From an uncultured Acidobacteriota bacterium (lineage in GTDB: Bacteria; Acidobacteriota; Thermoanaerobaculia; Multivoradales; SZUA-115), in contig CAWDVR010000003.1 in NCBI GenBank assembly GCA_963805975.1, forward strand, positions 128,001-192,000: a stretch of DNA of 64,000 nucleotides, read 5' to 3'. The first letter of the stretch is position 1, and every line of letters starts with the position of its first letter. The notes beneath the pieces are model-generated. The model saw only the letters and a list, made by a program, of their open reading frames with translations, ran no database searches and was not told the origin of the DNA. Made by a program: the position numbers and the translations under genes. This document shows positions 8,085-16,056 of this stretch, piece after piece.

Positions 8085-10629
8085 GCCCACCCGCGAGCCG
8101 GACGACGATCCGGCGCTGCTCGAGGTCGCCGGCTCGGTGGCGGGCGGCGAGGCGGTCGACTGGCAGGCCGCCGAGGCCCGGGCCGGCGCCGAGCGCGGCC
8201 CCGTGGTGCGGGCTCTCCATCTGATCGCGAAGATCGCCGAGGTCCACCGCAGCCTGCAGCGGACCGTGATCCTGGAGGACAGCCACTCCTTTGCGGCCCC
8301 CTCCGGGGACGCCCCGCCCATGCCGGCGCGCTGGGGCGACCTCGAGCTACTCGAGCGGGTGGGGGAGGGGGCCTCGGCCGACGTCTACCGGGCGCGGGAC
8401 ACGCGCCTCCAGCGCGAGGTCGCCTTGAAGCTCCTGCGCCGCCCGCCCAGCCGTGGCGAGACCGGCAACGAGGCCGTGCTGCGCGAAGGGCGACTGCTGG
8501 CCAAGGTGCGGCACGCGAACGTCGCCACGGTCTACGGGGTCGACGAGCACGACGGCCGGGTGGGCGTGTCCATGGAGTACGTGCGCGGCAAGACGCTCAG
8601 CCGGCTGATCGCCGAGCAGGGCCCGCAGAGCGCGCGCGAGGCGAGCGGCATCGGCATCGATCTCTGCCGGGCGCTCGCGGCGGTGCACGAGAAGGGCGTG
8701 GTGCACCGCGACCTCAAGGCGCAGAACGTGATGCGGGAGGAGGGCGGGCGGACGCTCCTGGTCGACTTCGGCATCGGCCGTGACCTCGAGGCCGAGGACG
8801 ACGGCGCGCCGTCGCTCTCCGGCACGCCGCTCTACCTGGCGCCGGAGATCTTCGACCGCCGGCCGGCCACGGCGCAGTCCGACCTCTACAGCCTGGGGGT
8901 GCTGCTCTTCTACCTGGTGACGGGCAAGTTCCCGGTGATGGGCGGCTCGCTCGCCGAGCTCCGCGCCGCACACCAGGAGGGACGGGCAGCGCTCCTCCGC
9001 GACCTGCGCCCGGACCTCCCTGCCTGGTTCGTGCAGACGGTGGAGCGGGCGCTGGAGCGCGATCCCGCGGCTCGCTTCCGCAGCGCCGGACAGATGGAGC
9101 GGGCGCTCGAGGCGGGCGCCGGGTCCGTGCGCGGTGCGGCAGTGGACGAGACCTCCAGCCGTCGCCGCGTCCTCCGCTGGCCCTGGCTCGCGGCCGCTGC
9201 TCTCGCGCTCGTCGCTGCCTCCGCCTGGTGGATCCAACTCGGCAGCCCCGGCGCCAGGGCACAGGAGCACTACGAAGTGGCGAAGCGGCGCTACGACGAC
9301 GATGATGTCCAGGGCGCGCTGGCAGCGGGTATGAAGTCTGTCGAGATCGATCCCACGAACCCCCGCACGCAGAACCTCATGGCCATGATCTATGGCGCAG
9401 CGGGCCAGCTCGACAAGGAAAAGACCGCTGCCGACCTGGCTCGCCAGTTCGCCGGCCGGTTGCCGCCGGCCGAGAGGCACGAGATTGCCGGCAACAGCCT
9501 CCTGGTGCAGCTCGATTACGAACGAGCCGCCGCGGAGTACAGCGAAGCGTTTCGGCTGGACCCCAAGGCCGAGTTCTCCCGGCGTCAGCTGGCGATGATC
9601 TACGGGAAGCTCGGCAAGCCGAGGAAGGCGGTGGAGCTGCTCGCCGGCTCGTGCAGTGGCGGCCAGGCGAACTGGGTCAGCTGTGGCGAGCTCTGCCTCG
9701 CCACAGCGCAGGACCGTGGCGTCGAGGCCGGGATCGAGCTCCTCGAATCGCTGCCCGCCGAGCTGCGGGAGACCAAGAGCAACGTTGGCTGGTCGGAGGG
9801 GGTGCTCTGGCTCGCGGCCGGCAATCTCGAACTGGCCGAGCGGTCCTTCGCGCGCCTCGCGCAGGCCGACGACACCTATGCCAGCGAAGGCTCGATGTTC
9901 CTTTCCGAGGTCGATCTCCTCCGAGGCCGCCTCCACGAGGCGAAGCAGGACCTCACCAAAGGCTTCGTGGTCGACACCCGCGGTGAGCAGGTCGTGGTGG
10001 GATGGCGCCGTCGGCTGGCCCTAGCCGAATCTGGACCTGGTGCTGAGAGAGGAGGACGAAGCGCGGCGTCAGCTGGATCAGCTCGGCGACGCTTCCCAAG
10101 GTACCCAAGGCGGCGCGGACGATCGCGCACCAGGCGCTGCTCGAGATCCAGGCCAAGAGGCTCGACCGCGCATTGACCCTCGAGCCGCGACCTCGACGGG
10201 ATGCAGCGCCTCTACGACGGCAACGCCACACTCGCCGCCTTGGCGCTCCAGGTGCGAGGGAGCCTCGCCCTCGCGCAGAATGATGCAACGAGGGCGCGCG
10301 ACGATCTCGAAGCGGCCCTGCGCTACCGGGACGAGCCCTTGATCCGAAACGAGCTAGCGCGAGCGCTCGAGAAGTTGGGGCAGGTCCGCGATGCACTGGT
10401 CATCCGCCAGGAGATCGATCGCCTGAAAGTAACCTTGCTCAATGAGAACCTCGCTCTCCTCTGGGTCACCAATCTCGCCGACCTCGCCCGCCTTCACGAG
10501 AAGCTTGGTCAGACCGAGGAGGCGACGAAGCGCTACGAGCAGTTCCTCTCGTATTGGGGCGAGAACGCCCCTGATCTACTCCTCGTGAAAGAGGCCCAGG
10601 CCGCGCTCGACAGGCTCTCCTCGAAGTAG
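8077..10629 (+). CDS. Hanks-type Ser/Thr protein kinase, TM helix and extracytoplasmic TPRs; three apparent +1 frameshifts at about 10030, 10090 and 10182
   Basis: GEGASADV, VALK, HRDLKAQN, DFG, GTPLYLAPE motifs; TM WPWLAAAALALVAASAWW; helical sequence continues through frames 2 and 3 back into ORF 10201-10629. Confidence 0.8.
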
Positions 10630-10846
10630 CTTTCGCCTCTTCCAAGAATTCCTTTTGTAGTTCCGTCTACTCCGCTGAACGGAGCAGAGATCGGGCGCAG
10701 TGAAGCTCGGCTCGCGGCCGTGCGGAGGATGCGCGCTCCCTTCCGGAAGCCTCCGCACGGTCGTCGGCCGGACGCCCGCGGTCTGCTCGGTACGAAGAAG
10801 AGATTCCGACAACCGAACCATGATCGCTACGCGAGAGGTATATGCC

Positions 10847-11569
10847 ATGTCCACGGGAAATCCATTCTGGGTCGTCACGGGTCGCGCCTGCTGCGACCGC
10901 GGCTTTCGCAGGGACTGTGTGGCGCGTCTGGGAGGTCGGGTCACCCCGACTCTCGCGCCCCTCCACGACGAGGTGGAACAGCTCAAGAAGCACGTGCTGG
11001 GCACACTCAGCTATCGGCTCGACAACAAGGGCCTCTACTACTTCTACGACCTCATCTTCCGCGGCCACGAGGCCGAGCCGAGCCTCGACCGCGGCCCGCT
11101 GGCGGAGCTGGGCCGGCTGGCGGCCGGCGCCAACCTCGGCCGCGAGCTCTCCGACCCCGCCCACTGGCAGCCCACCTGGGAGGTGATCGGCCTCGCCTGC
11201 ACGGACCGCATCTTCCGCGCCCAGCTCCACGAGGCCTCGGGGGAGCCGGAAGCGTTCCGCGCCGAGCTCGAGGACGGCATCCCGAGCTTCGCGGTGGGCG
11301 AGGAGTCGCGCGAGGTGCTGCGCGAGCTCTTCTCCCAGGTCGAGACCATGCAGGTCCTGCGTTCGATCCACGTGCTGGCCTGGCGCATCCCCTACGCCGA
11401 GCCGGCCGAGCGCGCGGCCTGCGAGACCGCGATCCGCCACGACGACTACGTCTTCATCCGCCAGGACGTGGCCATGGACCTCTTCCTGCTCCAGACCGCG
11501 GTCAAGCCGGGCGCCCAGCGCGATCTGCTCCAGGCCAGCCTGGACGAGAAGCTCGCCCTCGCCGCCTAG
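10847..11569 (+). CDS. Hypothetical protein with two NHLP/Os1348-like motifs
   Basis: GAGAGG RBS before ATG 10847; strong GC3 codon bias; repeats WVVTGRACCDRGFR and WEVIGLACTDRIFR. Confidence 0.7.
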   Translation: MSTGNPFWVVTGRACCDRGFRRDCVARLGGRVTPTLAPLHDEVEQLKKHVLGTLSYRLDNKGLYYFYDLIFRGHEAEPSLDRGPLAELGRLAAGANLGRELSDPAHWQPTWEVIGLACTDRIFRAQLHEASGEPEAFRAELEDGIPSFAVGEESREVLRELFSQVETMQVLRSIHVLAWRIPYAEPAERAACETAIRHDDYVFIRQDVAMDLFLLQTAVKPGAQRDLLQASLDEKLALAA

Positions 11570-11695
11570 CGTGGCCCTCCAACCTCGCTCACCTCACTTC
11601 CCGCGCCGGCTCCCCTCGGGGCCCGGCGCGGCTTTCCGAGGTACCCGTGCGCCGCGCGCTAGAATCGCGCCCTGGCTTCCGAGCCCCAGCCCGCC

Positions 11696-12292
11696 ATGGA
11701 CCTCACCCCGGGCGAGACCCTCCATCGTGTCCTCGCCGGCGACCGCGCAGCCGCGGCCTGGCTCTACGACTCGTTTGCCGAGCGCCTGTTCCGCCGCCTG
11801 CGGCAGCGCTACGGCTACCTGGGCGAGCCGGAGCTCGAGGATCTGCTCCAGGAAACGTTTCTCCTGGTGCTGCGCAACCAGCGCCGGGTGCTCGCCGCCT
11901 TTCTCGATCGCCGCCCGGCGCGGCCGATCGAGAGCGGGGAGATCGAGCGCTTCCTGTGGGACGAGGCCTGCGGCCTGGCGAGCAACCGGCGGCGCTCGGC
12001 GGCGGTGCGCAAGGTGGTGCCGCTCGCCGACTACGAGGCCTCCGCGCCGTCCCGCGGCGAGTCCGAGTCGCGCGCCCTGGACCGCGACCTCCTGCTGCGG
12101 CTCGCCGCCTGCCTCAAGCAGAGCGGCGCACGGCTCTTCCTCTACTACAAGCTCCGTTTCCGCGACGGCCTGACCCCCGACGAGATCGCCACCGTCACGG
12201 GCTGGTCGCTCAAGGCCACCTACAAGCTGCGGCAGGATCTCAACCAGGCGGTGCTGCACTGCGCCGAGCGGCTGGGCCTGGTCGGAGGCTAG
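11696..12292 (+). CDS. ECF sigma factor
   Basis: EDLLQETFL region 2; YKLRFRDGLTPDEIATVTGWSLKATY region 4 HTH. Confidence 0.85.
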   Translation: MDLTPGETLHRVLAGDRAAAAWLYDSFAERLFRRLRQRYGYLGEPELEDLLQETFLLVLRNQRRVLAAFLDRRPARPIESGEIERFLWDEACGLASNRRRSAAVRKVVPLADYEASAPSRGESESRALDRDLLLRLAACLKQSGARLFLYYKLRFRDGLTPDEIATVTGWSLKATYKLRQDLNQAVLHCAERLGLVGG

Positions 12293-12316
12293 TGTTCCCG
12301 AGCCACCAGATCGGAG

Positions 12317-12339
12317 TGTCATCCTGAGCGCAGCGAAGG
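12317..12339. repeat. REP-like element (TGTCATCCTGAGCGCAGCGAAGG)
   Basis: Resembles the GTCATCCTGAGCGCAGCGAAGGATC repeat family as I recall it; single, 3'-degenerate copy here. Confidence 0.55.
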
Positions 12340-12371
12340 CTCCCGCTCTCGGGACGCTTGCCGTCGCCGGG

Positions 12372-15179
12372 TTGCTGGCGCTCGGAGGCTGTGCCGGGGC
12401 CGGCGAGCCTCTGCCGGCGGAGGTGGCGGTCGTGCTGCGGGGCCACAGCGAGGGCGAGGTGCGCGCCGACGGTGGTGTCACCCCGCTCTACCTCAGCCCG
12501 CGGCAGCCGATCGAGCTCTGTCTCGCCGCCCCGCGGGATCTCAACACCAGCCAGTGGCAGGCGCGCCTGTGGTTCTCGGGCGGGCGCCGAGGCGCCGGGG
12601 CCTTCGTTCCGCCCACGGTGCGGGCCGGCACCACCCTCTGCTTCCGGGCCCCGGAGGCGGCGTTTGGGGTCCACCGGCTGTGCGGGGACGTGGAGAACCG
12701 GCTCGACAGCCGGCACTACCGCCTGCCGTGCCAGCCGCTCGCGGTGGCCGAGCGCCCGGCCTTCCGGGCTCTCGCGGCCGAGCGCGGCACGCTGGCCGGC
12801 TCGCTCGGCGGCGGCAGCTTCGCGGCCTGGCTGCGGGGGGCCGAGTATCTGCGCGCGCGGGCCGCGAGCCAGGGCTGCCCGTTTCTCGCCGTGGAGGTCG
12901 ACCTGGTGGTCGCCTACGTGGCGCGCCAGGCGGGAAGCGCGGCCACCCTGGCCGAGGCCCGGCAGCGCCTCGCGGCCCTGCCGCGGTGGCTCGGCGAGCC
13001 GGCGGCGAGCTGGCTCGCCGCGGCGGCGGCGCTCGAGCGGGCGAAGCTCGATCTCGCCCTGGGCGAGGCGCGAGACGCCTGGCAGGATCTGCGGCAGGCC
13101 GCGACCGGCTTCAAGCGGGTGGCCGAGCCCGAGGCCTTCACGGTCGCCATCACCCAGTCGGAGCTCCTGGCCGAGCTCGGCGCCCAGGCGGACGCCGTGG
13201 CGCTGGTGCGCGGCGAGCTGTCCGACTGTGAGCGCTTCCCTTGCGCCGTGGATCTCCTGCCCAGCCTCCAGACGCAGCTCGCCTGGCTCCTGCTCCTCGA
13301 CCCGGACGCCGGCGCCACCGAGCTGGCCGAGGCACGGGCGCAGCTCGAGCGCGCGATCGCCAGCCCGGCCTGGGAGCAGGGTCCCCTGGAGCTGGAGCTG
13401 GCCAACGGCCACATCAACCTCGCCCATGTCGTTCTGCGCCAGGGCGGCGATCCGCAGCCGGACCTCGAGCATGCGCGGCGGCTCCTGGCTGCCAACCCGA
13501 GCCCTTCGGCGCGCCGGCGCTTCCTGCTCGCCTGGGTCGAGCTCCTCGCCGGGCTCGAGCGCCTGGGCCGCGGCGACGCGGCCGGGGCGCTCGCGGCCTG
13601 CGCGCCGCTCGCCGCGGAACGGGGGACACCGCGGCTCGCAGTCTGGGGCCTGTCCTGCGTCGGTGCCGCCGAGCGCCGGCAAGGCGACCTGCTCGGCGCC
13701 CGGCGCAGCTACGCGCGGGCGCTCCTCGCCTACGAGCTGGCGAGCCCGGCCGAGCTGCGCCAGAACCTCGTCCTGGGTCCCAGCCAGCGGGCCGACGATT
13801 ACTACCAGGCGGCGCGGGTGGAGGTCGAGCTGGGGCGGCCCGAGGAAGCCTGGTCGCTCCTCGCCGGGCTCGACCGCCTCGCCGCCGACGAGCGGGAGCG
13901 CCAGTGCCGCGCGCGGGCGGAGAGCCCGGCGCTCGCCGCTCGTTGGGAGGCGGCCGACACACGGCGCTCCGAGCTCCTGGCCGAGCTGCTCGCGCTCGAG
14001 GCCCCGACCTCCCGCCAGCGGCGCCAGGAGCTCGCGCCGGTGGTGCGCGACCTCAAACGCGAGGCGCAGGAGATGGCCCGGGCGGTTCCCCGTTGCTCGG
14101 CCGCGATCGACACTCCACGCGAATCCTGGGCCGGGTTCCGTGCCGTGCCGCTTCCCGAGGAGGTTCTGCTGCTCGAGCGCACGGCCGGCGGCAGGGTCCA
14201 CCTGGCACGCCGGACGCCGCTCGCTCGCGGCGCGCTCCAGGGCCTCTCGGCCGAGGTCTCTGCCGCCCTCGACCGTCGGCAGATGGACGATGGCGAGTGG
14301 CAGCGGCTCGTAGCGCCCCTGGCCCGTGCCCTGGTGCCGCCCGCGCCGGAACGGCTGCACCCCCTGACAGCCTTCGCTCTGCACGGCGCGTTGCAGAACG
14401 TTCCCCTGGCCGCGCTGCCGGTGACGGCTAACGCGCTGCGCGGTAAGGCTCAGCGCTGGCTGGCCGATTGGACGACGCCCGTCCAGGTGCCGGCGGAAGG
14501 CGAGCGGGACGCCGGGGCAGGCGGGACCGAGACCTGGTTCCTGGTCGATCCCGGCGGCAACCTGGCCGGCGCGCGCTCCATGGTCGACACCTACCGGCGC
14601 CTGTTCCCGGCGGCGCGGGTGCTCACCGGCCGAGCGGCCACCGTCGAGGCCCTGACCGGCGGCCTCGGTCGCGCCGGCCGGCTGCACCTGGACGCCCACG
14701 GGCTCTACGACCCGGCCTTTCCGGAGCTCTCGAGCCTCGAGCTGGCGGACGGCCGGCTGATGGCGAGCGAGCTGGCGAGGCTGCCGGTGCCCCGCGAGCT
14801 GGTGAACCTCTCGGCCTGCAAGACGGGCCGCTCGCCGACCACGGCCGACAGCGGCCGGTACGGGCTCGCCGGCCTCTTCGCGCAGCGGGGCACGGCCTGG
14901 GTGGTGGCCAGCCGGGGAAACCTCGACGACGCTCTGGCGCGCGAGTTCAACCAGGCGTTCTACGCGGCGCTCGCAGCCGGCCGCGGCGTGCCCGCGAGCT
15001 ACGAGGAAGCGCTCGGTACGGTGCGCCGGCGCTGGCCCGCCGCGGCCTGGGCCGGCCTGCTGCTGCTCTCGGCCGGCCCAGGCTGCGAGGCCGCCAGGAA
15101 AGACACCGACGGGAAAAACGCCGACGGAAAAAACGACGTCGTAATGACTCCTATCTCTGTCGTAGGGGGTAGAGGATGA
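12372..15179 (+). CDS. CHAT-domain (caspase/HetF-like) protease with TPR-like helical region, probable lipoprotein; true start likely further upstream
   Basis: LHLDAHG (His) and VNLSACKTG (Cys) dyad, HGALQNVPLAAL, WAGLLL; N-terminal LAVAGLLALGGC lipobox; frame open back to 12174. Confidence 0.85.
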   Translation: MLALGGCAGAGEPLPAEVAVVLRGHSEGEVRADGGVTPLYLSPRQPIELCLAAPRDLNTSQWQARLWFSGGRRGAGAFVPPTVRAGTTLCFRAPEAAFGVHRLCGDVENRLDSRHYRLPCQPLAVAERPAFRALAAERGTLAGSLGGGSFAAWLRGAEYLRARAASQGCPFLAVEVDLVVAYVARQAGSAATLAEARQRLAALPRWLGEPAASWLAAAAALERAKLDLALGEARDAWQDLRQAATGFKRVAEPEAFTVAITQSELLAELGAQADAVALVRGELSDCERFPCAVDLLPSLQTQLAWLLLLDPDAGATELAEARAQLERAIASPAWEQGPLELELANGHINLAHVVLRQGGDPQPDLEHARRLLAANPSPSARRRFLLAWVELLAGLERLGRGDAAGALAACAPLAAERGTPRLAVWGLSCVGAAERRQGDLLGARRSYARALLAYELASPAELRQNLVLGPSQRADDYYQAARVEVELGRPEEAWSLLAGLDRLAADERERQCRARAESPALAARWEAADTRRSELLAELLALEAPTSRQRRQELAPVVRDLKREAQEMARAVPRCSAAIDTPRESWAGFRAVPLPEEVLLLERTAGGRVHLARRTPLARGALQGLSAEVSAALDRRQMDDGEWQRLVAPLARALVPPAPERLHPLTAFALHGALQNVPLAALPVTANALRGKAQRWLADWTTPVQVPAEGERDAGAGGTETWFLVDPGGNLAGARSMVDTYRRLFPAARVLTGRAATVEALTGGLGRAGRLHLDAHGLYDPAFPELSSLELADGRLMASELARLPVPRELVNLSACKTGRSPTTADSGRYGLAGLFAQRGTAWVVASRGNLDDALAREFNQAFYAALAAGRGVPASYEEALGTVRRRWPAAAWAGLLLLSAGPGCEAARKDTDGKNADGKNDVVMTPISVVGGRG

Positions 15180-16033
15180 GAGCGATCGACCCGGAAGCGC
15201 TGCTCGCGAAGCTGGCGGAGGCGGACACGGAGGATGAGGACGGGGATCTGGCGGCGGCCCACGGCGCCGCTTCGCCCTCCCCGCCCACCGCCGTCTCGCC
15301 GACGGAAGCGGTTCTCGTGGCCTACCGGGAGGATCGGCTCTCGGCCGCGGAGGCGGAGCGGATCGCGGGAGCCCTGGCGAGCGATCCCGCCTTGCGACGG
15401 CGGCTGATCGCGCTCGGCGGGATGACCCGGCCACAGCTCTCGCCGCGGGTGCGCGAGGCCGTCCTCGCGGCTGCCGGGACAGCGCCCCGGCCCGGTCTCC
15501 GACCCCGGCTGAGCCGTCGGCGTGCCGCCTGGGTGGGCGCCGCGGCTGCCGCCGCGCTCCTGGCCGTCGCGGTCTTGCCCTGGCTCCTGGGGCGGCAGGG
15601 CGGTACGCCCGCGAGACCGCTGCCCGAGTACGCGGTCGAGGTATCGGGCCTCGCCGCCGAGCGCGACGGGCCGCGCGCCGGGACCACGGCCGCGGCGCTC
15701 GCCGGCACGCGGGTCCGGATCGTCGCCACGGCGGAGGGCGAGGCCGTGGCCGGGGTGGAGTACGGGCTCTACCGGCAGGCAGGCGACCGCTTCGAGCGGC
15801 TCCCTGCCGGCGGGCCGATCCGCTTCGACGCCACGGCCGAGGCCGCGGTCTTCGAAGCCGAGGCCGCGGCCCTCGTCGGCAGGACGCCCGGCAGGCACAC
15901 TCTCTGGGTAGTGGTCGCCCGGCACGGAGAGCTGCCGGCCGGGGCGGAGCTGGCGGCCGGGGGCGACCTGGCGCGGGGCGGCTCGCACCGGATGATGCCG
16001 GTGGTGATCGTGCTCGGGGACGATCGGCAGTGA
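15176..16033 (+). CDS. Putative membrane-anchored anti-sigma factor
   Basis: ATGA overlap with CHAT stop; N-terminal LVAYREDRLSAAEAERIAGAL resembles an anti-sigma domain without Zn ligands; one TM helix; beta-rich C-terminal domain. Confidence 0.65.
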   Translation: MRAIDPEALLAKLAEADTEDEDGDLAAAHGAASPSPPTAVSPTEAVLVAYREDRLSAAEAERIAGALASDPALRRRLIALGGMTRPQLSPRVREAVLAAAGTAPRPGLRPRLSRRRAAWVGAAAAAALLAVAVLPWLLGRQGGTPARPLPEYAVEVSGLAAERDGPRAGTTAAALAGTRVRIVATAEGEAVAGVEYGLYRQAGDRFERLPAGGPIRFDATAEAAVFEAEAAALVGRTPGRHTLWVVVARHGELPAGAELAAGGDLARGGSHRMMPVVIVLGDDRQ

Positions 16034-16056
16034 GAGAACGGGTAAGGAGGAGAGCC

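Noticed and set aside
15101-15140. Short GACGGRAAAAACG repeat at the CHAT 3' end
   Set aside because: Two copies in a non-conserved tail after the WAG motif; no evidence of function
11696-16033. Type III-E CRISPR (Craspase) locus suggested by TPR-CHAT plus sigma factor
   Set aside because: No cas7-11, cas1 or repeat-spacer array in the window, and the CHAT protein appears exported
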